From assembly GCA_026707285.1 (NCBI GenBank), contig JAPOXD010000045.1, positions 29,384-93,383 on the forward strand: a DNA stretch of 64,000 nucleotides, read 5' to 3'. The notes under the pieces are model-generated. The model ran no database searches. It was not told the DNA's origin and worked only from the letters and a program-made list of their open reading frames with translations. A program made the position numbers and the translations under genes. Origin of the DNA: Chloroflexota bacterium (GTDB lineage Bacteria > Chloroflexota > UBA11872). The stretch's first letter is position 1. Each line of letters begins with the position of its first letter. Below, in pieces: positions 52,079 through 61,643 of the stretch.

Positions 52079-52132
52079 GGGCTGAAATGATCCGATGGCA
52101 GGCTGGGGCTGAAATGATCCGATGGCAGGCTG
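52079..52132. repeat. perfect 27-bp tandem duplication (2 copies) spanning the permease start codon
   Basis: gggctgaaatgatccgatggcaggctg occurs at 52079-52105 and again at 52106-52132, base for base. Confidence 0.9.
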
Positions 52133-53117
52133 GCTGATCCGCCGAACGCTGTTTGCGTTCGCGACGTTGTGGGCGATTTCGATGCTGTCGTTCGTCGTCA
52201 TTCAAATCCCGCCGGGCGATTACGTGACCTCATACATCGCGCAGTTGCAGTCGCAGGGCACCATCTTCACCGACGTCGAAGCGCAGGCGCTGCGCGATCT
52301 CTACGGGCTCGATCAGCCGGTCATCTTGCAGTACTTCCGCTGGCTGGGCCTGATGGCGCAGGGGAATTTTGGGGTGTCTTTCGAGTTTAACCGGCCGGTT
52401 CTGGATGTGATCGGCGATCGCTTCCTGCTGACTATTGTGGTGTCGGTAGCGGCGCTGCTGCTCACGTGGATCGTGGCGCTGCCGATCGGCATCTACTCGG
52501 CCGTCAAGCAGTACTCCATCGGCGACTATGCGTTCACCTTCATCGGGTTTATTGGTCTGGCGATTCCGGGGTTCCTCTTGGCGCTGGTGCTGATGTATTT
52601 CGGATTTGTTCTGTTTGACGCCAACGTCGGTGGCCTCTTCTCGCCGGAGTACGCCCAGGCGGATTGGAGCTGGCACAAGTTTTGGGATCTGATGCAGCAC
52701 ATGCCAATACCCGCGCTGGCGCTGGGACTGGCGGGGACCGCGTTCCTGATACGCATCATGCGGGCGAACTTGCTGGATGAGCTGCGTAAGCCGTATTTGG
52801 TGACCGCGCGGGCGAAGGGCCTGACGAACAACCGGGCGGTGCTCAAGTACCCGGTGCGCGTGGCACTGAATCCGTTCGTGAGCATCGTACCTTTCGTGCT
52901 GCGAGACATCGTGGGAGGCAGCGTGATCGTATCGATCGTGCTGAGTTTGCCGACGCTCGGGCCGATTCTCCTCAAGTCGCTGATCGCGCAAGACTCCTTC
53001 CTGGCGGGGACGATCATTCTGTTATTGGGCGTCATCACGGTAGTCGGCACGCTGATTTCGGACATCTTGCTGGTGATTCTTGATCCGCGAATCAAGTTTG
53101 AGGCGCGCGGTGGCTGA
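52122..53117 (+). CDS. ABC transporter permease (DppB/OppB-like)
   Basis: 331-aa ORF with 6 TM segments and the family pattern LDELRKPYLVTARAKGL. Confidence 0.85.
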   Translation: MAGWLIRRTLFAFATLWAISMLSFVVIQIPPGDYVTSYIAQLQSQGTIFTDVEAQALRDLYGLDQPVILQYFRWLGLMAQGNFGVSFEFNRPVLDVIGDRFLLTIVVSVAALLLTWIVALPIGIYSAVKQYSIGDYAFTFIGFIGLAIPGFLLALVLMYFGFVLFDANVGGLFSPEYAQADWSWHKFWDLMQHMPIPALALGLAGTAFLIRIMRANLLDELRKPYLVTARAKGLTNNRAVLKYPVRVALNPFVSIVPFVLRDIVGGSVIVSIVLSLPTLGPILLKSLIAQDSFLAGTIILLLGVITVVGTLISDILLVILDPRIKFEARGG

Positions 53118-54273
53118 GGACCACACCACCCGAACGATTGAGAGCACAGTGGCCGTTGGCGGCGCGCGCGAGGAAGAGCGCATCTCGGTCGCCACACAGT
53201 GGCAACTCACCTGGTGGCGATTCCGCAAACACAAGGTCGCGAACATCGCGGCGATTGTGCTGATCACGTATTACGTGGTGGTGCTGTTTGCGGACTTCTT
53301 CGCCTACGCCGATCCGAACTTGCCGGCGGCCAAGCGCGGCCTATTGCCGCCGCAGCCGATTCACCTGTTCGATGACGACGGGTGGAACCCGCATGTGCTC
53401 GCATTCGAGGGAAGTCGCGATCCGGAAACCTTCGAACGCGTGTACGAGATTCTCGGCGATCAACCGATCTCGGTGCAGTTCTTTGCGCAGGGATTGGAGT
53501 ACGAGATCTTGGGCATCATTCCGTGGGACCGGCACCTGATCGGTGTGAGCGACGACGCGGGTGGCGCGCTGGCGCAGGAGCATGTGTCGCTGCTGGGCAC
53601 TGATATTCAAGGGCGCGACATGTGGTCGCGGATCGTTTTCGCGACCAGGATCTCGATGACGATCGGGCTGATCGCGGTGGCGATCAGTCAGATTCTGGGA
53701 ATCGTGATCGGCGGCGTGTCGGGGTACTTCGGCGGCCTGATCGACACCGTGATTCAACGCATCATCGAAATCGTGCGCTCGATCCCGCAGATTCCGCTGT
53801 TGATGGGAATTGCCGCAGCGGTGCCGAAGGACTGGACGATCGAGCAGATCTACTTCGCGATCACAATCCTGCTGGCGTTGATCTTGTGGACCGAACTGGC
53901 GCGCGTGGTGCGCGGCCGCTTTCTCTCGCTGCGGGAAGAGGACTTCGTGATGGCCGCCGAGCTGGCCGGGGCCAGCCGCATGCGCATCATCCTGCGACAC
54001 ATGGTGCCCTCGTTCCTGAGCCACATCATCGCGGCCACGACGCTGGCCATCCCCACAATCATCATCAGCGAGACCTCGCTGTCATTCCTGGGTCTAGGCT
54101 TGCGGCCGCCCGCCATCTCCTGGGGGGTGCTGCTGCAGCAGGCGCAGAACATCCAGACGTTGGCGCTGTCACCCTGGCTGCTGCTGCCGGCGCTGCCGGT
54201 GATCGTCGCGATTCTGGCGTTCAATTTCCTCGGGGACGGTCTGCGGGACGCCGCGGATCCGTACGGGACCTAG
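53110..54273 (+). CDS. ABC transporter permease (DppC/OppC-like)
   Basis: ORF 53080..54273. GTG 53110 overlaps the upstream stop (GTGGCTGA), but the start is uncertain. Family pattern: EDFVMAAELAGASRMRIILRHMVPS. Confidence 0.8.
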   Translation: MAEDHTTRTIESTVAVGGAREEERISVATQWQLTWWRFRKHKVANIAAIVLITYYVVVLFADFFAYADPNLPAAKRGLLPPQPIHLFDDDGWNPHVLAFEGSRDPETFERVYEILGDQPISVQFFAQGLEYEILGIIPWDRHLIGVSDDAGGALAQEHVSLLGTDIQGRDMWSRIVFATRISMTIGLIAVAISQILGIVIGGVSGYFGGLIDTVIQRIIEIVRSIPQIPLLMGIAAAVPKDWTIEQIYFAITILLALILWTELARVVRGRFLSLREEDFVMAAELAGASRMRIILRHMVPSFLSHIIAATTLAIPTIIISETSLSFLGLGLRPPAISWGVLLQQAQNIQTLALSPWLLLPALPVIVAILAFNFLGDGLRDAADPYGT

Positions 54274-54276
54274 CTG

Positions 54277-55329
54277 ATGGCGACCCTTGCCGCAGGGAAA
54301 CGGCGGCCACTGCTGCGCGTGCACAACCTCAAGACCTATTTCTTCCCAGATGAGGGCACGGTGCGCGCGGTGGACGGTGCGAGCTTCGAGGTGTGCGCCG
54401 GCCAGACCCTCGGGATCGTGGGCGAGAGCGGCTGCGGAAAGAGCGTGACCGCACGCTCGATATTGCGCATCGTCGAACATCCAGGCGAAATCGTGGAAGG
54501 CGAGATTCGTTATCTGCATCGAACCGACGGACGGGAGGTCGAACTCGATCTGGCGCAGATTTCGGCCGACGGCCCGGAGATGCGGCAGATTCGCGGCGGC
54601 GAGATCGCGATGATCTTTCAGGAACCCATGACCTCGTTCAGTCCGGTGCATCCGATCGGGAGCCAAATCGTCGAGGCCATCCGGCTGCACTCGCCGTTGG
54701 GCAAGCGCGAAGCCCGTGAACGTGCGGCCGACCTCTTGCGGCAAGTAGGCATCTCACGAGCCGAGGCGCGCCTTGACGAATACGCCTACCAGCTGAGCGG
54801 TGGTCTGCGGCAGCGCGCGATGATCGCCATGGCGCTGTCCGCCGAGCCGAGAGTCTTGATTGCCGACGAGCCCACGACGGCTCTGGACGTGACGACGCAG
54901 GCGCAGATTCTGGACCTGCTGCGGCAGCTTCAGACCGACCTCGGTATGGCGATCATCCTGATCACGCACAACCTGGGCGTGGTGGCCGAGATGTGCGACA
55001 CCGTAGTCGTGATGTATCTGGGACGGGTGGTTGAGGAGGGTTCCGTGGATGCGATCTTCCACAATCCCAAGCATCCCTACACACGCCTGCTGCTGCAGTC
55101 GATCCCGAGCCTGTATTCAGAGGCGCGTGTCCCGCTGCCCACCATCAGCGGCGCCATCCCGCATCCCTACAACCGGCCCGAGGGCTGCCCGTTCCACGAT
55201 CGCTGTCCACAATTCATGCCGGGAACGTGCGATCGGCACGTGCCCGAACTCCAGGCGCTCGATGAGCGAGAGTCAGATCAATTGGTGAGCTGCTTCCTGT
55301 ATCACGAACCCACGGACGAGCGGGCATGA
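54277..55329 (+). CDS. ABC transporter ATP-binding protein (DppD/OppD-like)
   Basis: 350-aa ORF with Walker A GESGCGKS, signature LSGGLRQR, Walker [12 protein letters not shown] and the C-terminal oligopeptide-type extension. Confidence 0.9.
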   Translation: MATLAAGKRRPLLRVHNLKTYFFPDEGTVRAVDGASFEVCAGQTLGIVGESGCGKSVTARSILRIVEHPGEIVEGEIRYLHRTDGREVELDLAQISADGPEMRQIRGGEIAMIFQEPMTSFSPVHPIGSQIVEAIRLHSPLGKREARERAADLLRQVGISRAEARLDEYAYQLSGGLRQRAMIAMALSAEPRVLIADEPTTALDVTTQAQILDLLRQLQTDLGMAIILITHNLGVVAEMCDTVVVMYLGRVVEEGSVDAIFHNPKHPYTRLLLQSIPSLYSEARVPLPTISGAIPHPYNRPEGCPFHDRCPQFMPGTCDRHVPELQALDERESDQLVSCFLYHEPTDERA

Positions 55330-56459
55330 CCGTCGAAGGGCCGAACGGACACCCGCTCCTCGAGGTGAAACGCCTCAAGAAGTACTTTCCCATCCGAAAG
55401 GGCTTTATGCGCCGCGAGGTGGGCGCGGTGCGAGCCGTGGACGATGTGTCGTTCCACATCGACCGGGGCGAGACGCTGTCGCTGGTGGGTGAGAGCGGTT
55501 GCGGGAAGACGACCGCGGCCCGCTGCATCCTGCGCGCGAACGACCCGACGGATGGCCAGATTCTGTTCCGGCCGACCGAAGACCAGGTGTTCGATGTGGC
55601 GCAAAGCACGCGGCGCGAGCTGCGGCGGCTGCGTCGCGACATGCAACTGATCTTTCAGGACCCCTTCAGCTCGCTGAACCCACGGTTCACGTTGCTGGAG
55701 ATCGTCGGTGAGCCGCTGCTGGTGAACGGCATGCGCAGCGGCCGGGAACGGCAGGAGCGGGTGGAAGAGCTGCTGCGCTTGGTGGGTATGCGTCCTGAGT
55801 ACATGCGCCGATTCCCGCACGCCTTCAGCGGCGGGCAACGGCAGCGCATCGGAATCGCCCGGGCGCTGGCCCTGAACCCCAGGTTGGTCGTGGCCGACGA
55901 GCCGGTATCCGCGCTGGACGTTTCGGTGCAGGCGCAGATCCTGAATCTGCTGCTCGAGCTGCAGCAGAAACTCGGGCTCACCTATCTCTTCGTGGCGCAC
56001 GACCTGAGTGTGGTGAAGCACCTCAGCGACCGGGTGGCGGTGATGTACGTCGGCCGCCTGGTCGAGATGACCGATCGTGAGCGTCTGTTCAACAGCCCGA
56101 GGCATCCGTACACGGAGGCCCTGCTGTCGTCAGTGCCAGAGCCGGACCCGCGAAAGCGCTCGCAGCGCATCGTATTGGAGGGCGAGGTCGCGAATCCGGC
56201 GGCGCCACCGTCCGGGTGCTATTTCCACCCCCGCTGTCGCTATGCGCAGGACGTGTGCCGGACCGACACGCCCGTCTGGGAAGAGGTGGCGGAGGGTCAC
56301 TGGGTTGCGTGTCACCGCGTGAAGGAGCTGGAGCTGGCGGGTGTGCGCGACCGGCTACCCATGAACACGGCGGCGGGCACCAGCACAAATCCCGCGACGA
56401 ACGCCACGCCAGCGGCCGGCTCCGCGACCGACGGCGACGCCACAGCCAATTCCGAGTAG
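55326..56459 (+). CDS. ABC transporter ATP-binding protein (DppF/OppF-like) with low-complexity C-terminal tail
   Basis: 377-aa ORF with Walker A GESGCGKT, signature FSGGQRQR and Walker [12 protein letters not shown]. It overlaps the upstream gene by 4 nt. Confidence 0.9.
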   Translation: MTVEGPNGHPLLEVKRLKKYFPIRKGFMRREVGAVRAVDDVSFHIDRGETLSLVGESGCGKTTAARCILRANDPTDGQILFRPTEDQVFDVAQSTRRELRRLRRDMQLIFQDPFSSLNPRFTLLEIVGEPLLVNGMRSGRERQERVEELLRLVGMRPEYMRRFPHAFSGGQRQRIGIARALALNPRLVVADEPVSALDVSVQAQILNLLLELQQKLGLTYLFVAHDLSVVKHLSDRVAVMYVGRLVEMTDRERLFNSPRHPYTEALLSSVPEPDPRKRSQRIVLEGEVANPAAPPSGCYFHPRCRYAQDVCRTDTPVWEEVAEGHWVACHRVKELELAGVRDRLPMNTAAGTSTNPATNATPAAGSATDGDATANSE

Positions 56460-56698
56460 GCCCCAGCGTCGCGCCTGCGCGGGGGAACGCGACTTGCGTC
56501 ACCCACCGGCGAGATGCGATATCGGCGCAATCGTCGGGTCGCTTCGCGACCGGCATGCTCGGACGCGCCGCGGCGTCGGGTTCGAACGCGCCTACCGAGT
56601 CCATGTGGGGCGAGCGACGAATGGCCTCGGCCTTGCCCCAGGCGTGATCGTGGCTGATGCCGATGAACGCGGCGCGCCGAGGAGATTCCGCCGGCTCC

Positions 56699-57742
56699 TC
56701 AGCCACGCTCACGAATGGCCTCGGGCGCGACATCCGCGACGTCAATCGCCTCCCCGGTCTCGGAACTGCGCAGCAGCGCCTGCAGCACGGCCATGGTGGC
56801 CAGATTGTTACGCCCGCTGCTGGCAGGCTCTTTGCCCAACCGGAAGGAGTCCCTGAAGAAGATGGCGAGGGTCTCCTCTAACCAGGCGTCGTCGTAGCTC
56901 GTATCGAGCGTCACCGATTGCTGGCTGCCGTCGAGCGCAATCTGGATCAGCTCGGCCGCGTCGTCACCGCGCCCCGGATGCGCGGCGCGGTGCACCAAGG
57001 ATGCGGCTTCGCAGTCGATCCGAAATCTATAGCCGGGCTGGTGCGATTCGGAGTTGGACAAGTATTGGACCACGGAACCGTCGTCGAATTCGAGCGTCGC
57101 CTGCAGCGAGCTGGCCGCCGCCGCATCGCTGAATCCTGGCGAAAAGAGGCGGCCGAAGACGCGCGTCGGACTCCCGGGCATCATCGCGATGAGCGAATCG
57201 ATGGTGTGGACGTCTGCCCGCCAGAGTCGCGAAGTCCCGTCGTCGGCGGCCGGCTCGCGTGCAGGCAGATCGTGCCGCAGGTATCCGAAGCCGACCCCGC
57301 CCAACGCGCCCTGCGCCAAGAGTTTCGCGATGGTGCGTTCCACCGCCGCGAGCCGGTACTGCTGGGCGACCACGATCGCCAGGCCCTTCGCCGCGGCGAT
57401 CTCCACGGCCTCGGCGGCATCGGCGTAGTTGGTGGTGAACGGCGTCTCGGTGAAGACGTGCGCCCCGGCCCCGACGGCCTCCAAGATGATGGCGGCGTGC
57501 GCCGACGCCGGCGCACAGACGAAGACGGCCGCAATCTCATGCGCCTGCAGCGCGGCGGCGAGCGAGGCGTGGCAAGCGACCTCGGGCAGCTCAGTGAACT
57601 CGCGGGCCTCGCCAAACCGCTCCGCGTCCGTGTCCACCAAAGCGACGGGCGTGAAGCCGCCGACCCAATGCGAGGCGCGGAGGTAGCGCATGCCGCGACC
57701 GCCCAGGCCGACGTAGGCCGTGGGAACCGGCTCAGGTTGCAT
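56699..57742 (-). CDS. Gfo/Idh/MocA family oxidoreductase
   Basis: 347-aa ORF with a Rossmann N-terminus (AYVGLGGRGMRY) and general family layout. The EKP motif is degenerate (VFTETPF). Confidence 0.65.
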   Translation of the reverse strand: MQPEPVPTAYVGLGGRGMRYLRASHWVGGFTPVALVDTDAERFGEAREFTELPEVACHASLAAALQAHEIAAVFVCAPASAHAAIILEAVGAGAHVFTETPFTTNYADAAEAVEIAAAKGLAIVVAQQYRLAAVERTIAKLLAQGALGGVGFGYLRHDLPAREPAADDGTSRLWRADVHTIDSLIAMMPGSPTRVFGRLFSPGFSDAAAASSLQATLEFDDGSVVQYLSNSESHQPGYRFRIDCEAASLVHRAAHPGRGDDAAELIQIALDGSQQSVTLDTSYDDAWLEETLAIFFRDSFRLGKEPASSGRNNLATMAVLQALLRSSETGEAIDVADVAPEAIRERG

Positions 57743-57787
57743 GACCGAGATCGAGATTCCAGAAGAGCCGCACGGGAATTGTAGTCG

Positions 57788-58102
57788 TTGCGTCAGAACT
57801 CAGAGCTCGCGTGGGTCGCGGATGCCCTGGGCAAGCCGCTGCAGGTGAGCACGGTCTACCGCTGGGTGCAGGCGGCGCTCGCACGGGCGGGGCTCCCGAG
57901 GCACACGCGGCTGCACGACGTTCGGCACACACACGCCACGCTGCTTTTGGCGCGCGGCCACGCGTTGCCGGTGGTGAGCGAGGTGCTCGGTCATCGGGAC
58001 AAGACCACGACCGTGAACCTCTACGCGCACGCGCTCCCGAACTCGCAGCGGGCGGCCGCGCGGGACCCGGACGCCTACATTTCCGGACATCGGGATGACC
58101 CA
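57788..58102 (+). pseudogene. tyrosine recombinase (phage-type integrase) remnant, C-terminal catalytic part only
   Basis: The first ~105 codons of ORF 57788..58807 carry box II of tyrosine recombinases: HDVRHTHATLLL (H-x-x-R), LGHRD, and the catalytic Tyr in VNLYAH. The N-terminal two-thirds, including the box I Arg, are absent. The fragment starts 45 nt from the neighbouring gene, and the frame has no proper stop and reads through the tRNA. The end coordinate is approximate. Confidence 0.65.
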
Positions 58103-58157
58103 GGGATGACCCGGACCCCCTCGGCAGGGGGCTCCCAACAGGTTTGGTACGGGTCGA

Positions 58158-58232
58158 TGGAGCGGAAGACGGGATTCGAACCCGTGACCCTCTCCTTGGC
58201 AAGGAGATGCTCTACCACTGAGCCACTTCCGC
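58158..58232 (-). tRNA. tRNA-Gly (anticodon GCC), CCA encoded
   Basis: The reverse complement is GCGGAAGTGGCTCAGTGGTAGAGCATCTCCTTGCCAAGGAGAGGGTCACGGGTTCGAATCCCGTCTTCCGCTCCA. It folds by hand into a cloverleaf with a 7-bp acceptor stem, D stem GCTC/GAGC, anticodon stem TCTCC/GGAGA with loop TTGCCAA, and T stem ACGGG/CCCGT with TTCGAAT. Confidence 0.93.
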
Positions 58233-58258
58233 CGGGCGGGACCGGCCCGCTCGATATT

Positions 58259-58780
58259 CTAACGCGGCATGCCGCCACCCGCGGGCGGAGCGTCCGGCGG
58301 CGACGCGTTCAATTCGGCTGCGCCGTCGGGGTCGTCGGCCAGCTCCTCGAGCAGCCGAGCCAGGAGCTCCGCGAGTGGCGCCCGATAGCCCGCCGGGATG
58401 CCTCGTTCGCCCAGAGCGTCGGCCAGCGCCGCGTCGGCGGCGCGGAAGCGCCAGGCGCGCACGGCGCGGTCGAGCGCCGGGCTGGCGGCGGACACCACGG
58501 GCGCTTCGCCGAGCAGCCAGGCCGTGCCGCCGCCCTCGGCCGCGAGTCCCGCCCGCTCGACGAGCCGACCCAGCTCACGCGCGGCGAACACGCTGGGCGC
58601 GCCTTGGCCGCGCGCCCAGCGATTGACCGTGCTGGGGCTCACGCTGACCCCCGCCGCCTGCAGCTCCGCCGCCACCTCGTCCAGCGTGCGGTCGGCATAT
58701 CCCATAAAGGCCCGCAGCCGCCGGGAAAGCTCGCCCCGCCCAGGTCGGGGATCGTCGCTGAGGTGCGAATCGAGGTTCAT
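58259..58780 (-). CDS. hypothetical DNA-binding protein (HTH-like segment)
   Basis: 173-aa ORF. The N-terminal segment LDEVAAELQAAGVSVSPSTVNRWARGQ resembles an XRE/Cro-type helix-turn-helix. The Ala-rich C-terminus is of unknown function. Confidence 0.5.
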   Translation of the reverse strand: MNLDSHLSDDPRPGRGELSRRLRAFMGYADRTLDEVAAELQAAGVSVSPSTVNRWARGQGAPSVFAARELGRLVERAGLAAEGGGTAWLLGEAPVVSAASPALDRAVRAWRFRAADAALADALGERGIPAGYRAPLAELLARLLEELADDPDGAAELNASPPDAPPAGGGMPR

Positions 58781-58789
58781 TCTGACCTG

Positions 58790-58801
58790 AATGATATCAT
58801 T
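58790..58801. promoter_or_regulatory. perfect 12-bp palindrome AATGATATCATT (candidate operator)
   Basis: It lies 10 nt upstream of the ATG (58780) of the HTH gene, inside the only strongly AT-rich stretch of this region. Its role is inferred. Confidence 0.3.
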
Positions 58802-58821
58802 TCCTAAGAATACCGTCTATT

Positions 58822-58850
58822 TTGGCAGAATCAACCATAAATGGTAGTAT
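58822..58850 (+). promoter_or_regulatory. candidate sigma70-type promoter for 58907..59194
   Basis: TTGGCA (58822-58827), 17-nt spacer, TAGTAT (58845-58850) in an AT-rich island. If it is functional, the ORF-track start 58841 cannot be used. Pattern match only. Confidence 0.35.
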
Positions 58851-58906
58851 CTCCCAAGCCGAGGGTGGTCACCAGATTCCCTATTCGATTCGCAAGGCGG
58901 TTCCGG

Positions 58907-59194
58907 ATGGCGCGTGCAGGACAGGCAGTGCGCACCCAAGCCCGTCCGGAAAGCGACGGTGACCCCAAGGCCGCACTCACCGCGCGCCTGGCACGGGAGC
59001 CCCAAATCGCCGCGTTGGAGGCGGTAGCGGATTGGGCCGAGACGCAGGGCGTGTCACCCACGTGCATCCACGGCATGCGCGACGTTTTCGCCGTGTTCGC
59101 CGCCGCGTCCGACGCCCCGAATCTCGACCTGGCCATGCGCGCGCGGCGGCGCCGGATCGTGCGCGAGTACCGCGAAACCGTCCGGCGCGGCTAG
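58907..59194 (+). CDS. small hypothetical protein (95 aa)
   Basis: Inner ATG 58907 of ORF 58841..59194 (MARAGQAVRTQARPE...), with AAGGCGG upstream. No family recognised. Confidence 0.4.
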   Translation: MARAGQAVRTQARPESDGDPKAALTARLAREPQIAALEAVADWAETQGVSPTCIHGMRDVFAVFAAASDAPNLDLAMRARRRRIVREYRETVRRG

Positions 59195-60753
59195 TCGATC
59201 GGATCGAAGAACGTCAGGTCCTGGCCAAAGTTGTCAATGGCCTCGACCGCGTCGCCGCGCAGTCTGACCCGAATGTCGCGCGTGCGGTGCCGCAGGACGA
59301 TCTCGCTGGTCGGTGGATCGAGCCTGAATGTGATGCGCCGGGCGTACGGCGGCTCAGGCACCATGAGATAGCGCCCCGTGCGCGGCGCGGTCGCGACCGC
59401 GCCCTCGGCCACGACGTCGTGCGGGTTCGCCCAGGCGGGCACCCGCACGAAGAGCGGCCCCCGACGCTTGATCGTGACGCCGAGCACCCCGCTGGGATAG
59501 GGCGACTCGACCTCGATGTCCTCGGTGCGGTGGTCGAATAGCAGGTTGACCCAGTGGCCCGCGGCGTCGAAGCGGGTAACGTCGCGGTAGGCCTCGCAGA
59601 GCGATGCCACGGCGCCGCCGACGATGTCCATGTTGAAGGAGATGCGGTCGGCCTCGACTGGCCGGTGCCCGTACGGCGCGGGGAAGCCGTAGGCGCCGAG
59701 GTGACGCCGGGCCACGTCGCGGCGACCATCGCCGCCCCCCGGATCGGACGGCTCGGCGATCCACGACACGTCGCGCAGCTGGCTGGGCAGCATGTGCCCG
59801 CGCAGGATGCGCTCGGCGTCGTCGAATGCCTCGGGATAGCCCCAGCGTCCCAGAATGAGCGCGGTTTCCAGGATGTCGCCGGTGTTGTTGACCTCCCCAA
59901 AGTCGGGCGCCGCGTCCGGCAGGCTGCTCTCGATGACCCAGCCAAGCTCGTCGCGGATCTCCCACAGCCCGCGGCTGTAGAACGTCCGCACGCGCTCCAT
60001 CAGCGGCGCGTCGTTGAGCAGGTCGGCCAGTTGCGCCAAGGAGGACATGACACACGTGGTGGAGTGCGTGTGCGAGCCGAAGCGCTCGGTGGAGTAGCTG
60101 CCGTCGGCGGTGAAATGGTCCGCCACGGCCTTGTCCTTGAGCCGGATGGCCAGCTCCAACGCCGGACCGTAGCCCGCCGCGCGGTAGTACTTGACCAGCG
60201 GGCCGATGGCGCGACCCAGTCCGCGGATGAAGGTGGGTTCGACTTTGACGTCAATGCCGTGGGCGCGGGCGACGCCTTCGTCATCCCAGTCTCGGTCGGG
60301 GTCCCAGAGTTCGTTGATCGCGGCGATACTCGCCGCGGCAACGTCGTGTGCCTGCGCGGAGTCCCGGAAGCGCGCCAGGGCGTAGAGCGCGTGGAAGCCC
60401 TCGCGCACGTTGTGCGTTGGAAAGTTCACCAGCGGACCGTCGATGCGCTCGCGGTTGAGCGGCAGCGGCAGCGGTCCGCTATATGAAAAGAACGCGGCCC
60501 GCGCGTGCTTATCGACCGCCGCTTCGTCGATGGGAAAGCCCAGGGACTCGGCCGTCAGCAGGGCGTTGAGATGCCGCCCCGGAACGTGGGCCTCGGAGTG
60601 CACCGGGCTGAAGGCTAGACGGGGGTCGGGCCACACCACGGATCCAAAGAAGGGGATATTGTCGTCGTCCGCGTTGAACACGCTCGCCATCGTCCGCGCG
60701 CCCGCTTCGATGGCGGCGGCGATGTCGGTGGTGTTGACGTTGCGCAGCTTCAT
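59191..60753 (-). CDS. hypothetical protein, 520 aa (possibly an alpha/alpha-barrel, six-hairpin-glycosidase-like enzyme; unassigned)
   Basis: ORF 59191..60882. Start moved to ATG 60753 (MKLRNVNTTDIAAAIEAG...). It has good coding statistics, no TM segments and no confident family call. Confidence 0.6.
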   Translation of the reverse strand: MKLRNVNTTDIAAAIEAGARTMASVFNADDDNIPFFGSVVWPDPRLAFSPVHSEAHVPGRHLNALLTAESLGFPIDEAAVDKHARAAFFSYSGPLPLPLNRERIDGPLVNFPTHNVREGFHALYALARFRDSAQAHDVAAASIAAINELWDPDRDWDDEGVARAHGIDVKVEPTFIRGLGRAIGPLVKYYRAAGYGPALELAIRLKDKAVADHFTADGSYSTERFGSHTHSTTCVMSSLAQLADLLNDAPLMERVRTFYSRGLWEIRDELGWVIESSLPDAAPDFGEVNNTGDILETALILGRWGYPEAFDDAERILRGHMLPSQLRDVSWIAEPSDPGGGDGRRDVARRHLGAYGFPAPYGHRPVEADRISFNMDIVGGAVASLCEAYRDVTRFDAAGHWVNLLFDHRTEDIEVESPYPSGVLGVTIKRRGPLFVRVPAWANPHDVVAEGAVATAPRTGRYLMVPEPPYARRITFRLDPPTSEIVLRHRTRDIRVRLRGDAVEAIDNFGQDLTFFDPID

Positions 60754-60804
60754 GGGAGACTCGCCGGCTTGCCGCTCGACCGAGCGGAGTATAGGCGCGC
60801 CAGC

Positions 60805-61437
60805 ATGTCCAGCGACGCTCACGCCACGACGGACGAGCACCGCAGGGCATTGGCACATCCACCGGCGACGCTGCGAGTGCACGACGTCACGCTACGCGGA
60901 CCGCGCCTGGCGCTGCGCCCGCTGACGGAAGACGACTGGGCGCCGCTGCTGGCCTGGAACAACGATCCCGAGGTTCTCGCATGGGCCGAGGGCGACGAGA
61001 TTGAGTCCCGCACGCTGGACGAAGTGCAGCGCATCTACCGCGCGATCTCGGTCAACGCGCACTGCTTTCTCATGGAGCTGGACGGCGAGCCCATCGGCGA
61101 GTGCTGGTTGCAGCACATGAACCTGGAGCGGCTGGTGGCGCGTCATCCGGGCGAGGGCGTGCGGCGCATCGACATCGCCATTGGCCTGCCGGCGCTGTGG
61201 GGACAGGGCTTGGGCCGCGAGGCGGTGGGGCTGCTGCTCGACTTCAGCTTCCGCCGCGAGGGCGTGGACGTGATCTACGCCTGCGTCGACGCGGGCAACG
61301 TGCGCAGCCGCCGGATGTTCGAGTCGCTGGGCTTCGCGGTCGGGCCGGGCATGGACGCAGCTGGGACCGAAAGCGACGCCGACCTCGACCTGATGCTCAA
61401 TCGGGCCGACTATGCCGCCGCTCGGCTCAACGGTTGA
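60805..61437 (+). CDS. GNAT family N-acetyltransferase (RimJ/RimL-like)
   Basis: Inner ATG 60805 of ORF 60769..61437. The pattern is LRPLTEDDW..L..W..DPEV with the acetyl-CoA motif WGQGLGREAV. Divergent from 59191..60753. Confidence 0.75.
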   Translation: MSSDAHATTDEHRRALAHPPATLRVHDVTLRGPRLALRPLTEDDWAPLLAWNNDPEVLAWAEGDEIESRTLDEVQRIYRAISVNAHCFLMELDGEPIGECWLQHMNLERLVARHPGEGVRRIDIAIGLPALWGQGLGREAVGLLLDFSFRREGVDVIYACVDAGNVRSRRMFESLGFAVGPGMDAAGTESDADLDLMLNRADYAAARLNG

Positions 61438-61498
61438 GCGGCACCAGGCATCCGGTTGCCGCTCCCCGGATGCGTGCTCGCCGTATCCGTCAATCCGT

Positions 61499-61562
61499 GT
61501 AGGGGCAGCCCTTGTGGCTGCCCGGATCCACCCGGACGGGCGCCCACAAGGGACGCCCCTAC
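61499..61562. repeat. REP-like hairpin pair, family A (inverted units)
   Basis: The units are gtaggggcagcccttgtggctgcccg (61499-61524) and cgggcgcccacaagggacgcccctac (61537-61562). Confidence 0.8.
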
Positions 61563-61643
61563 GGATTCGTGCACAGGTCCTGCTATCGAACCAGGCTGGA
61601 GCGGGAGCTGTACCGCGACACCGGGTGTGGGTGGCCATCCGGT

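Noticed and set aside
57732-58202. ORF 57732..58202 (156 aa, MPRRGSRVRIPSSAPS...), and the continuation of ORF 57788..58807 beyond ~58100.
   Set aside because: Both read through the tRNA-Gly gene and its flanks. The RVRIPS-type peptide is a typical translation of a tRNA T-arm. Neither is a protein gene.
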